From positions 38,616 to 102,615 of the forward strand of contig JAZAMN010000036.1 in assembly GCA_036229005.1 (NCBI GenBank): a stretch of 64,000 bases of DNA. The letters run 5' to 3'. Under the pieces are notes generated by a model. It searched no databases. It worked only from the letters and a program-made list of their open reading frames with translations, and was not told where the DNA came from. Below, in pieces: positions 27,936 to 37,584 of the stretch; position 1 is the stretch's first letter, and every line of letters starts with the position of its first letter. The position numbers and the translations under genes were made by a program. The DNA comes from Myxococcota bacterium. GTDB taxonomy: Bacteria > Myxococcota_A > UBA796 > CAJQPC01.

Positions 27936-30900
27936 TCAGAAGGGGACCGGAATCCACCCCCCGGCAGGCGTTGAAAAAATGGCTTGATCCTTGAACTCAG
28001 GCGCAAGCAGGGCCCGTCGGATCTTTTCTGGATCCACCCCCTGGACGGGCGGGGACACCGCCTGGAGCAGCAGCCGCTCCACCGGGTCCAGGTTCAGGGG
28101 CAGGGCCGTGGGGGGAGGCGCCAGGGGGGCTCGGGGGGCAGCGCTCGCAGCAGGCCCGCCGGGGAGGGCGCCTGCCGGGCTCCCGATGTCGGTCAAGGGC
28201 TCGTCCAGCAGGAGTGGGAGCTCCCCAAGCTCCTGGAGGAGGGTGAGGGGATCCGACCAGGCGCTGCTGGGAAGCCACGGCTCGGGATCCCAGCCCCAGC
28301 GCGGCTCTGACCAGGAGGCCTGTGGCGCCCCCGGGGCCTCGAGGGAGCACAGGCGGGTCCCGGACAAGCCATCCCAGGCGCCCGCGCCGTCGATCAGGAA
28401 GCCCTCGATCTGCAGGCTGCCGCCCGGTCCCAGGGGCATGAGGCCGGCCGCCCGGGAGAGCCCGAAGGGCGTGATGTCCACCGCCTCAGCCTGGGGGAGG
28501 GCGAGCTGCGGGGTGCCGCTTCGGTCCACGACCAGCCCGAGGCTCTGCCCAGCGCCGAGCCAGGCCCAGCCGAGCTCGGGTCCCCCCAGGACCTCCAGCC
28601 AGCCGCTGTCCGTCTCCACCGCGACCAGCGTGCCCAGAGCCCAGTGGAGGCGCCAGCGTCCGCGAGGCCCGTCCACCACGGCGAGTTGACCCAATGGGTC
28701 CCAGTCCAGGCGCCAGGTGCCCTCGGGGCCGCTGATCCCGATGAGCCGGCCCAGACCGTCGAGCGCCAGGGTGACCTCGCTTGAGCCGACGAGGGCAGCG
28801 AGGCAGCCTTGATCGTCGCGGAGATAGCGGTAGGGAGACTGGGCCCCGAGCATCGAGATCCCCTCCTCCTCCAGCAGAGCGGGGGCGCCCTGGGTGTCGA
28901 GCAGGAGGGCGGCACCGTCCGAGCGGCTCACGCTGTCGGGGGACCAGAACCAGGCGCTTCCGGGGGCCTCGACGGCGACGATCTGTCCGCGGGGGCTGCG
29001 GTGCCAGGTCTGCTCGCGGTAGCGCTCGTTGTCGACGCGTTGGGCGAGCTTCTGCGTGCGGCCGAGGGGATCCAGGGTCTCGCGGTGGTCCAGGATGGGG
29101 GCGCCGCCGGGGTCTTCGACGACCTGGGTCCAGGATTGGGGGCCCTGCTCGATGCGCGCGATGCTGCCGTCGGGGAAGCGGACCATCTGGAGGCTGCCGT
29201 CGGTGTGGCGGGCGACGCTGAGGCTGCCGGCGCTGGTGGAGGACTGCCGAACCAGCCACCCCGCGCTGTCGTAGAGGAGCCGCTGCTCCACCGGTCCGAC
29301 GCTGCGGACCACGACGAGGCCGCGATCGTCTCGCTTGAGGAGGAGGCTCTGGGAGCCGTGGACAGCGTCGGGTTCACCGAGCGCACCCCGCTCCAGTCGC
29401 ACGCTGCCAGCGGGCCCCTCGGCGCCGACGAGGTCACCCTCTGCGTCTCGGGACAGGCGGGTGGTCTCGCCGCCGATCTCCAGGCTGCGCACCCGACCGT
29501 CCGCGCCTCGGTTGAGCACGAGATCGACGCCGCGACCCTGCGCCTGCGTGAGGGCCCCCCGGCCGTCCCAGGCCCAGCTCTGGCCCTGCGCCTGGAGGGG
29601 CAGACCGCCGGGCTCGCGCTCGATGGGGACGCTCCCGAGCTGGACGAGGTTGCCGATGGGATCCCAGCGGAGCTCGGTGCGCTGGCCGTCGGGCTCGAGC
29701 AGGGCGCTGGGGCGTCCCAGGGGGTCGAGCGGCAGGCCCCACTCGCCCTTGAAGGCGTCCTGGATGCGGGTGAGCAGCCCGTTGCTGCGCCAGGTGAGGC
29801 CGAGCACGGGCTGGTCCTGGCGATCCAGGCGGCGGAGGCGACCACCGGGCTCCCGATCCAGCTCCCACACCACGCCCGAGGGCTCGATCAGGCGGCGGAG
29901 GCGCCCCAAGGCGTCGCGGTCGAGCTCCCAGTGGGCGCCCATCCGGCCCAGGATCTCGGCGACGCGGCCCTTGTCCCGGCGGGGGATGAGGATCTCCTCG
30001 CCGCCGGGATCCCGGAGGGCCTCCAGGCGGCCCATGCGGTCCCAGCGCAGCTTGGTCATCGCGCCGTTGGGCCAGTGGATCCGGTCGACGAGGCCGTGGC
30101 TGTCCCGGCTCAGGCGCACGGGGCGTTCACCACCGATGGCGTTCAGCTCGCCGCCGGGGCTGCGGCTGTAGGCCTGCCGTCTGCCCATGGGGTCGACGAT
30201 CCCGGTGAGCTGGCCGCGCTCGTTGCGCTCGTAGCGCCAAGTGTTGCCCAGGGCGTCTTGGATGGCGCTGAGGTGCTCGCCCTCCCAGCTCAGGCGCCAG
30301 CGGCGGCCGCCCGGGGCCTCGACCTCCCGGATCCGCCCCTGATCGTCGCGGGAGAGCCGCAACTCGAGGCCGCGGGGGTCGCGGATCAGCCGGCGGTGGC
30401 CGTCGGAATCCAGGGAGACGCTGACCTCGCGGCCGGAGGGGTCCTGGACCCGCTGCTGGTCGGGGCGCAGGCTGAGGGTCCAGGTGGCCCCCAGAGCGTC
30501 CCGCACGGTGACTGTCTCTCCTCGGTAGCTGAAGCGCTGGCTCCAGGTGCCGGGGCCGGAGAGCTCGGTGACGCGGTCCTGGTCGTCGTAGCGGACCTGG
30601 AGCTGGGAGCCGTCGGCCCACAGGATGGTGCGCAGGCGACCCCGCTCGTCGTAGACGTAGCGGACCCGGGCGCGGCCTTGGCCGGAGATGCCGATCAGGC
30701 GGCCGTCGCGGTGCTCGACGTAGCGCTCCTGTCCGCCGGAGATCACCGAGAGCTGGCGCTCGGCGTCGAAGAAGAGGCGGAGGGCGGTGTCGCCGGAGAC
30801 CATCGCTGCGGGGCGGTCGAGATCGTCCCAGGTGACCTCGCTTGCGCCGGAGGGGTCCTCAAAGCTGAGGAGGCGGCCATCGAGGTCATAGCGGTGGATC

Positions 30901-31346
30901 CGGGCCCCCTCCCGCAGGACCCATCCCTCCTGCTCCCGGGTCAGCGCGCCCTGATTGAAGCTGCTGCCGATGGGCCAGGGGGTGAGGCCGCCTTGTTCGG
31001 TGGGCAGGCGCTGGGCGTCGCCGTCGGGGACATAGGTGCTGCGCTCGCCCTGGCGGTCGATGTGGACGCGCTGGCCGTCCAGGAGGAGGCTGTCCTGGTA
31101 GGACCAGGCCCACGCGCTGCCGGTCCAGCGGCGGGAGAGGACGAGGTCGGGGCCGGAGACCGGGAGGTGGAGCTCGGTGGCCTCGACGTGGAGCTGTCCG
31201 CTGCGGGGGTCCACCCAGACCCGCTCCCGCCCGGCGATCGGGGCGGCCCCAGGGCCCTCGAAGGGGCCGAACACCAAGGGGCCATCGGGACCCACCAGTG
31301 GCTCCGGGGCCCCGAGCGCCAGGGAGGCGAGGCAGACCAGCAGCAC
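27936..31346 (-). CDS. Exported RHS/YD-repeat protein, degenerate
   Basis: Many YD-type repeats (YDLDGRL, YDERGRL, YDDQDRV, WDRMGRL, WDPIGNL); N-terminal VDPRSGQL...LVLSRRW resembles DUF6531; short signal peptide; start GTG about 31346 (uncertain). Confidence 0.85.
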   Translation of the reverse strand: MLLVCLASLALGAPEPLVGPDGPLVFGPFEGPGAAPIAGRERVWVDPRSGQLHVEATELHLPVSGPDLVLSRRWTGSAWAWSYQDSLLLDGQRVHIDRQGERSTYVPDGDAQRLPTEQGGLTPWPIGSSFNQGALTREQEGWVLREGARIHRYDLDGRLLSFEDPSGASEVTWDDLDRPAAMVSGDTALRLFFDAERQLSVISGGQERYVEHRDGRLIGISGQGRARVRYVYDERGRLRTILWADGSQLQVRYDDQDRVTELSGPGTWSQRFSYRGETVTVRDALGATWTLSLRPDQQRVQDPSGREVSVSLDSDGHRRLIRDPRGLELRLSRDDQGRIREVEAPGGRRWRLSWEGEHLSAIQDALGNTWRYERNERGQLTGIVDPMGRRQAYSRSPGGELNAIGGERPVRLSRDSHGLVDRIHWPNGAMTKLRWDRMGRLEALRDPGGEEILIPRRDKGRVAEILGRMGAHWELDRDALGRLRRLIEPSGVVWELDREPGGRLRRLDRQDQPVLGLTWRSNGLLTRIQDAFKGEWGLPLDPLGRPSALLEPDGQRTELRWDPIGNLVQLGSVPIEREPGGLPLQAQGQSWAWDGRGALTQAQGRGVDLVLNRGADGRVRSLEIGGETTRLSRDAEGDLVGAEGPAGSVRLERGALGEPDAVHGSQSLLLKRDDRGLVVVRSVGPVEQRLLYDSAGWLVRQSSTSAGSLSVARHTDGSLQMVRFPDGSIARIEQGPQSWTQVVEDPGGAPILDHRETLDPLGRTQKLAQRVDNERYREQTWHRSPRGQIVAVEAPGSAWFWSPDSVSRSDGAALLLDTQGAPALLEEEGISMLGAQSPYRYLRDDQGCLAALVGSSEVTLALDGLGRLIGISGPEGTWRLDWDPLGQLAVVDGPRGRWRLHWALGTLVAVETDSGWLEVLGGPELGWAWLGAGQSLGLVVDRSGTPQLALPQAEAVDITPFGLSRAAGLMPLGPGGSLQIEGFLIDGAGAWDGLSGTRLCSLEAPGAPQASWSEPRWGWDPEPWLPSSAWSDPLTLLQELGELPLLLDEPLTDIGSPAGALPGGPAASAAPRAPLAPPPTALPLNLDPVERLLLQAVSPPVQGVDPEKIRRALLAPEFKDQAIFSTPAGGWIPVPF

Positions 31347-31348
31347 GT

Positions 31349-34300
31349 TCAGGGCAGGCCGTAGACGAGGTAGGCGCCCCACCAGCGCGGGCTGTCGTCG
31401 CCGATGAGGCTCATGTCATCCGCCAGGACCTTGCGGCTCTGTTGGAAGGCCCGGTTGGGGGAGCCGTGCTGGAGCAGGCCCTCGTAGGCGGAGAAGAAGA
31501 AGCGGCCGCGGGAGGTGGGCTCGGGCTCCCAGGAGGAGACCACGACACTCTGGACGCCGGCGCTGCGCAGAGCCTGGACCCAGCGCTCGGCCACCTGGGG
31601 CTCCATGGCGACGGAGAGGATGGCGGTGCTCGCGGACAGGTCGAGACCGCGGACCTGGTGCAGGTAGAGGGCCTGATCCCCAAAGACGAGCGCGCCCTGA
31701 GGACCGACGGCCTCTGGGACGAGGTGCAGGTAGCGGGCGGTGCCGGCCTTGCTGAGGAAGGTGGGGATGTCGACCTGGTCCGCCTGCTGGATGAGGCGGG
31801 CCTCGGCGTCGAAGCGGGAGCCGATCTGCTCCACCTCGGGGCGGCTGATGCCCCCATCGGGGCCGACCTTCTCGCCGGGGGCGCCCGCGGAGAGGGCCAG
31901 GAACTCGGGGTCGTAGCGCTCGGGCGCCTTCCCGCGGGGGAGCAGGAGCTGGGCGCTGGTGGTGCCCATCACGACGCTGCGGATGTCGATGAGGTAGCGC
32001 AGGCCCTCCTGGCTCTCGGGGAAGGCCACGGGGCTGACGCGGGCGAGGTCGCCGTCCACGAGCAGCAGGTAGCGGCCCTTGCCGGAGAGCACCTCGCTCA
32101 GGGGATCCAGGAGGCTGGCGCGGAGGCGGTTCCCGAGCTGGAGCCCGGGGTGGGTGCGGCCGGCGGCCAGGTGCTCCTGGAGCTCGACCGCCGCAGCCCC
32201 CAAGCCCTGGGGATCCCGGATGGAGACGGACTGCATCTGCTCGCCGGAGACGGCCAGGATCTCGGCGCTGCGCCCGCTACGGATGGAGATCAGCGCGGTC
32301 TTCTGGGTGGCGGCCTGGATGTCCTCCCAGGCGGGCTGGGGGGCGGGGAGCGCGCGCTTGAAGCCGGGGGTCTGCTGGGCCTTCTCGAAGGCGGCCTGGG
32401 CGTCCTCGCGGGCCTGGGTCGGGAGGGGACCGCCCAGGAGCCACTGGAGGGTCGCGGTCTGGAGAGAGGCATAGGCCTCATGGAGCGCGATGGCCTCACC
32501 TTCGGGCAGGCTGGCCGCCGGATCATCTCCCAAGAGGAAGGCGCCGGCGAGGTCATCCTGAGCGCGCGCGAAGTCGTGGATCGCGAGCAGGCCGGGCACA
32601 CCGGGGCCCTTGAGGTCCAGCATCCGGGCGGCGTCGGACTCGATGTCCACTCCCAGGCTCAGGTCCTGGGCGGTCAGCGACGCCCAGGGGCCCACGCGGT
32701 GGACGGGCAGCTCGGCGTAGGCGCTGCGGGTGGTGGCTGCGGCGGCGAGCGGCTCCCCCTGGGCGGCCTGCCGGGCGGCCGTGGCGAAGGGCTTCGCGGG
32801 GCCATCGACGGGCTCCAGGCTGGGATCCAGCAGCGGCGCCCAGGAGGGGTCGAGGGACTCGGGGAGGGGCTTGGTGGACCCGCCGAGCAGGCCGCGGAGC
32901 GCGACCTCGGCGTGGAGGGCGGGGCTGTCGATGTCCTCGGCGAGGTCGGCCAGGGAGCGCAGGGCCTCTCGGCTCTGGGTCTGCTGCTGCCAGACCAGCC
33001 GCGTGCGCAGGCGCAGGTCCAGGCTGCCATCCCGGTCTGCCGAGACGACGGCGGCGTTCAGACCGCGGCTGGGATCCTTGCCCTGGGCCTGCAGCGCGCT
33101 GGCCTCCAGCAGGCCCATCCAGGCGGCCTCAGCGGGGGGGAGGCTGCTGTCGGGGGACAGGGACTCGGGGCTGGCCTGGCCCTGCAGCAGACCGAGCATC
33201 GCCTCGGCGCGGCCTCGCTGGCTGCCCTCGAGCAGGCCGGCGGCGCGCTCCAGCTCGGGGATGTGGCGGGCGGCCATGGCGGCTCGGGCCAGGGACCAGG
33301 CCCCCAGCGCGTGGGCCTGGGGGTCTTCGGAGAGCTCCCCCATGCGCTCGCCCAGGCGGCCGGCCTCCAGCGCGGCCATGAGCTGCCCGGAGCGGATCCC
33401 GGCCTCGACCACCTCGCGGCTGAGGGCGGCCCCACCGGCGCCGTCGCCGGCATCGAGGCGGGCCTGCATCAGCTCCTGACCCACCGCGAGGGCGCGGTTG
33501 GGATCGCCCGTGTTGAGCAGGGCCCCGATGGCCTCCTGGCCGAGGCTCAGGCTCTGGGCACCCAGGCCCAGTGTCTCCGCAGCGCGCGCGCCGTCCACGA
33601 GCTGGTCGGCGTAGACGCCCCGCTCCAGATCTGCCCGAAGCAGCAGGGCCTCGGCCAGGGTGAGCCGGGCCTCCGGCTGCTCCGGGACCTGCGCGGCTGC
33701 GGCCTGGATCGCCTCGGCGTCGGGCGACATCGCGGCGACCAGGACCTTGGCCTCCCAGCTCTCCAGGGTGGCGGCGGTGGCCAGCAGATCGGCGCGCCGG
33801 GAGGGGGGCTGGAGCGCGGCCAGGACCAGCGCGTCTTCTGGGCTGACCGCGTCCAGGCTGCGCGGCTCGGGGTGGCGCGCGCCGGAGAGCACGGCCCAGG
33901 CCATGGCGACCGAGCCGCCCTCGGCGTCCGAGGCGATGAGGAGCTGTGAGGCGGCCGTCGCGTCCGCGCTGCGTCCGGCGCTCGCGGCGAGTCGGGCCCG
34001 GGTCCCGAAGTGGTTGGGCGCGTCGCCGGCCATGGGCTCTTCGGCGTCGAGGCGGTCCACCAGGTCGGCGGCCTCCTCGGCGGTCTCGTAGGACCAGCGC
34101 AGCAGGGTCCAGGCCTCTTGCTTGGCGGTCTCCTTTGCGGAGAGCAGGCCCAGGATCTCAGGGACGGCCTCCCGGTAGCGCCGCGCTGCGGTCAGGGAGC
34201 GGGCGCGGTCGAAGCCCTCCAGGCCAGAGCCCGGGTCAGGCAGGCTCTCGGGCAGGGCGTCGTTGAACGTAGACGCGGGCTCCGCCTGCTCCGGAGTGGC

Positions 34301-34429
34301 CTCCGGGGCCTGTTGCTCGTCAGCCGGGAGCTCCGCCTTGGGGGTCGGCGGGATCGGCTTGAGGGGAGGGGCAGGTGCGGGGTCCTCGCTGCAGGCCAGG
34401 GCGAGCAGGAGCAGCGGCAGCTTCAACAT
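31349..34429 (-). CDS. Lipoprotein with helical/TPR-like region and a C-terminal CHAT-like domain lacking catalytic residues
   Basis: Lipobox LALAC; CHAT-like segments LLVDGDL, RYLID, AGVQSVVVSSW and WWGAYLVYG. Confidence 0.8.
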   Translation of the reverse strand: MLKLPLLLLALACSEDPAPAPPLKPIPPTPKAELPADEQQAPEATPEQAEPASTFNDALPESLPDPGSGLEGFDRARSLTAARRYREAVPEILGLLSAKETAKQEAWTLLRWSYETAEEAADLVDRLDAEEPMAGDAPNHFGTRARLAASAGRSADATAASQLLIASDAEGGSVAMAWAVLSGARHPEPRSLDAVSPEDALVLAALQPPSRRADLLATAATLESWEAKVLVAAMSPDAEAIQAAAAQVPEQPEARLTLAEALLLRADLERGVYADQLVDGARAAETLGLGAQSLSLGQEAIGALLNTGDPNRALAVGQELMQARLDAGDGAGGAALSREVVEAGIRSGQLMAALEAGRLGERMGELSEDPQAHALGAWSLARAAMAARHIPELERAAGLLEGSQRGRAEAMLGLLQGQASPESLSPDSSLPPAEAAWMGLLEASALQAQGKDPSRGLNAAVVSADRDGSLDLRLRTRLVWQQQTQSREALRSLADLAEDIDSPALHAEVALRGLLGGSTKPLPESLDPSWAPLLDPSLEPVDGPAKPFATAARQAAQGEPLAAAATTRSAYAELPVHRVGPWASLTAQDLSLGVDIESDAARMLDLKGPGVPGLLAIHDFARAQDDLAGAFLLGDDPAASLPEGEAIALHEAYASLQTATLQWLLGGPLPTQAREDAQAAFEKAQQTPGFKRALPAPQPAWEDIQAATQKTALISIRSGRSAEILAVSGEQMQSVSIRDPQGLGAAAVELQEHLAAGRTHPGLQLGNRLRASLLDPLSEVLSGKGRYLLLVDGDLARVSPVAFPESQEGLRYLIDIRSVVMGTTSAQLLLPRGKAPERYDPEFLALSAGAPGEKVGPDGGISRPEVEQIGSRFDAEARLIQQADQVDIPTFLSKAGTARYLHLVPEAVGPQGALVFGDQALYLHQVRGLDLSASTAILSVAMEPQVAERWVQALRSAGVQSVVVSSWEPEPTSRGRFFFSAYEGLLQHGSPNRAFQQSRKVLADDMSLIGDDSPRWWGAYLVYGLP

Positions 34430-34460
34430 GGGGTTCCTCTGGGCCGATCCTATCAGCCCG

Positions 34461-36749
34461 TCAGCGACACTCCCGGGAGCCGCCCTCGAAGCAGACGTAG
34501 CTGCCGGGGCCCTGCAGGGTGAAGAAGGCCACCAGCATGCCGTCGGAGGTGGTGGCCTGGACGCGGCAGGGGCCAGCGTGGGCGTCGGTCACGGTCACCG
34601 GTCCGGTCCCGGTCGAGGTGCCTTGGTGGCACTTGACCTTCATCGCGCTGACCGCGGGGTTGCTGCTGCTGAAGGTGGCCTTGAAGCCAGCGTCGGACTT
34701 GATCGGCTCTGAGGTCGGCTCGGGCTCCGGCGCGGGGGTTCCGCCGCCCAGGCGGGGAACGATGGCCTCCGCCTCGGCTTCTTCGTCGTCTTCCTCGGGA
34801 TCCTCCTCCGGGATGACGACAATGCGGCGCTCCGACTCCGGCTCCGGCTGGACCTCGGGCTCGGGGGTGGGCTCCGGCTCAGGTGGGGGCTCCGGAGTGG
34901 GTTCGGGCTCGGGCTCCGGGGTGGGCTCGGGCGGGGGCTCCGGCTCGGGTTCTGCAGTGGGCTCGGGCTCGGTCGGCGGAAGGGTGACCTCGCTTGGGGG
35001 CTGGGTCTCTGCGGTGGGCTCGGGCGCCGGGGTGTTCTGCGGTGGGGGCGCGATCGTCTCAGCGCCACCGAGCACTTCCTCTTCCTCCGGGAGCTGTTCG
35101 ATGGGGCCGCTGCTGAGCTCGATGTCGTCGACCGGATCGCGCAAAAGCCACCAGGCCGCGCCGCCGCTGGCCGCCAGGAAGCCCAGGAGCATGGTCGCTG
35201 CGAGGGGGATCCAGCTCCGCTTCTTGGGAGGGGCTTCCGGGGGAGGAGGGGGCGGGGGGCTGTCGGAGATGCCGCCGATCATCACCTCGGGCTCGGGGGC
35301 GCCGGACAGGGGGGCGGGCATCGGGGCCCCACGAGGTGGGAGGGGGGCGGCCTCCGACTCCAGATCCAGATCGCTGAGCTCACCGACGCCCATCTGGAGG
35401 GCCACGGTCGGCTCCTCGTCGCCGTCCTGCATGCGCAGCTTGGGGGCCTCCATCCGACGGGTGGCCTCCAGGTTCTCGTCGCTGGGCATGAGCGTGGGGT
35501 TGCGGCCGAGCTCGGCGGGGTAGCGCTCGCCGGGGACGGGCGGGAGCGGGGTGAGCTCGGGGTCTTCGATCACCAGGGTCTGGTTCGGCCGGGTCGGGCG
35601 CGCGAGGGGCTCAGGGGCGCCCAGGATGGGAGCCGGCTGCAGGCGGGTCGGCGGGGCAAGCTCGGCGTCGCTGGGGGCGCTTGGGGCCAAGGCCTCGGAG
35701 GCGATGATCTGCTCTCGGAGCAGGCGCGCGGTCTCCGGGGAGGCGACCATGGTCTCGTCGTCCTCGTCCGGGCGGGCGTCGGGGGCCAGCGCGGTGGGGT
35801 CGTCCTCTTGTCCCAGGGGCGCGACGTTGAGCGCAGGACGCTCGGGAGGGGGCGCGGTCTCGGTGCGCGAGGGGGCGGCCTTGGACCAGGCGAGGGTGGT
35901 TGGGACGGCGGCGCCTGCCCAGGCGTGCAGCGTGGGGCCCTGCATCGTGTCGGCGAGCCGTGAGAGGGCGACGGAGACCATCTCCAGGCTGGGGCGGTCG
36001 GCGGGGAGGGGCTGCATGCAGGCGCCCACCAGGCGGAGCAGGGACTCGGGCGCGGGCTCCCCGGGGCGGCGCTGCAGGGCGGTCAGGACGGTCCGCATGA
36101 CCTGCTTGTGGCGCTTGGGGTCGGGGTGTGCGGCGGGGGGACGGCGGGAGGTCCAGGTCGCCGCTGCCAGAGCGCCGATCCCGTAGACCAGGGCGGCCTC
36201 TCCGCCGGGGCCCTCGGGGGGGCTGTAGCCGGGGAGGGAGACGGGGGGAGGACCGACGGAGGCGCCGGTGAGGAGGACCTCGCCGTCCTGCTGGATCAGC
36301 ACGTCGTCGGTGCCGGGGCCGCGGTGACAGGCGGCGCGCTCGCGGGGCTGATCGCGCAGGCTGCGCTGGAAGGAGGCGAGGCTGCGGGCGACCTGGGCGC
36401 AGATGGAGGCGCAGACGCGGCCGGGAAGCAGGGTGCCGCGGCTGGCCTGGGCCTGGAGGATCCGGGCAAGGGAGGGGGCCTCGATGTGGTCGTAGACCAG
36501 CGCGGCGCTGCCCTCGAGCTGGGTGACGTGGAGCTGGCGCAGCATCCCGTTGGCGGGGAGCTTGGAGAGCAGAGAGGCCTGTTCGCGCAGCCGGGCCAGG
36601 GTGGGGGGCTGAGGCTGGACGCCGCTCAGGATGCGGATCAGGACGCGGCGGGGCGCGCCCTCACCGGAGCTGGACCGGAGCAGCGCCTCCCGAAGCTCTG
36701 GGGACCAGGCGGGCCAGGGGCCCACGATGCGCAACTTGGAGCGAGACAT
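34461..36749 (-). CDS. Membrane-anchored Ser/Thr pseudokinase with Pro/Glu-rich linkers and a 4-Cys C-terminal domain
   Basis: Kinase-like scaffold (HRGPGTDDVLI, GYSPPE, VYGIGAL, CMQPLPADRP); TM WIPLAATMLLGFLAASGGAAWWLL; PEPEP repeats. Confidence 0.75.
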   Translation of the reverse strand: MSRSKLRIVGPWPAWSPELREALLRSSSGEGAPRRVLIRILSGVQPQPPTLARLREQASLLSKLPANGMLRQLHVTQLEGSAALVYDHIEAPSLARILQAQASRGTLLPGRVCASICAQVARSLASFQRSLRDQPRERAACHRGPGTDDVLIQQDGEVLLTGASVGPPPVSLPGYSPPEGPGGEAALVYGIGALAAATWTSRRPPAAHPDPKRHKQVMRTVLTALQRRPGEPAPESLLRLVGACMQPLPADRPSLEMVSVALSRLADTMQGPTLHAWAGAAVPTTLAWSKAAPSRTETAPPPERPALNVAPLGQEDDPTALAPDARPDEDDETMVASPETARLLREQIIASEALAPSAPSDAELAPPTRLQPAPILGAPEPLARPTRPNQTLVIEDPELTPLPPVPGERYPAELGRNPTLMPSDENLEATRRMEAPKLRMQDGDEEPTVALQMGVGELSDLDLESEAAPLPPRGAPMPAPLSGAPEPEVMIGGISDSPPPPPPPEAPPKKRSWIPLAATMLLGFLAASGGAAWWLLRDPVDDIELSSGPIEQLPEEEEVLGGAETIAPPPQNTPAPEPTAETQPPSEVTLPPTEPEPTAEPEPEPPPEPTPEPEPEPTPEPPPEPEPTPEPEVQPEPESERRIVVIPEEDPEEDDEEAEAEAIVPRLGGGTPAPEPEPTSEPIKSDAGFKATFSSSNPAVSAMKVKCHQGTSTGTGPVTVTDAHAGPCRVQATTSDGMLVAFFTLQGPGSYVCFEGGSRECR

Positions 36750-36790
36750 GAACGCGGCCAAGCTACCACGCACCCGGGTTATGCGGTCTC

Positions 36791-37567
36791 ATGGCGCAGC
36801 GACCCGAGACATGGAAGGCACTGGACAACCTCGCTCGGGAGGCCGGCAAGCTGGCCCAGGAGGTGGGGCGCGCGGACCAGGAGATCAAGGACGACGGCAC
36901 CTTGGTCACCCAGGCCGACCAGGCCTGTGAGGCGTTGATCGTCGCTGGGCTCGGTCGCCTCTTCCCCGAGGACGGACTGATCGGTGAGGAGGGCGCTGCA
37001 ACCCAGGGGCGCAGCGGTAGGCGTTGGTACATCGACCCCATCGACGGCACGCAGGCCTTCGTCGAGCGGCTGGCCTATTGGGGGCCGACTTTCTGCTGTC
37101 TGGACGACCAGGGCCCACTGCTCGGGGTGACCCACTTCCCGATGCTGGGGGAGACCTGGTTCTACCAGCGAGGACAGGGGGCTTACTGCGGGGACCGGCG
37201 CCTGCAGCCCCTGCGTGAGCGTCCTATCGATCGCCGGAGCACGGTCTTGGTTCCCAGCCGCTGGTGGCGCTGGTTCGAGATGGACTGGCCCGGCCGGGCC
37301 CGGAACCTGGGCGGGCTCGCCGCGCACCTGGCGATGGCTGCTCAGGGAGGGCCGCGGGCGGTTTTCGTGCCGGCGGGCTGGAAGATCTGGGACGTCGCCA
37401 CGGGCCTGGGGCTGTTGGCAGAGGTGGGTGCCCGGGCTACCCCTCTGGTGGGTGAAGCCTTCGCTTCCCCCCTTGACGCAGTGCACTCTGGCGGGAAGCC
37501 ATTCGTGGTCGGCTCGCCCGAGGCTGTAGAGCGCCTCAAGGCGGGCCTTGTGTTTCGAGGCGCTTAG
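36791..37567 (+). CDS. Inositol monophosphatase family protein
   Basis: VTQAD, GEEG, WYIDPIDGTQAF, WDVATG. Confidence 0.9.
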   Translation: MAQRPETWKALDNLAREAGKLAQEVGRADQEIKDDGTLVTQADQACEALIVAGLGRLFPEDGLIGEEGAATQGRSGRRWYIDPIDGTQAFVERLAYWGPTFCCLDDQGPLLGVTHFPMLGETWFYQRGQGAYCGDRRLQPLRERPIDRRSTVLVPSRWWRWFEMDWPGRARNLGGLAAHLAMAAQGGPRAVFVPAGWKIWDVATGLGLLAEVGARATPLVGEAFASPLDAVHSGGKPFVVGSPEAVERLKAGLVFRGA

Positions 37568-37584
37568 CTGAGCTGGGAGCGTGG

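Noticed and set aside
34519..35523. Gly/Ser-rich plus-strand ORF
   Set aside because: Antisense of the PEPEP linker of the pseudokinase
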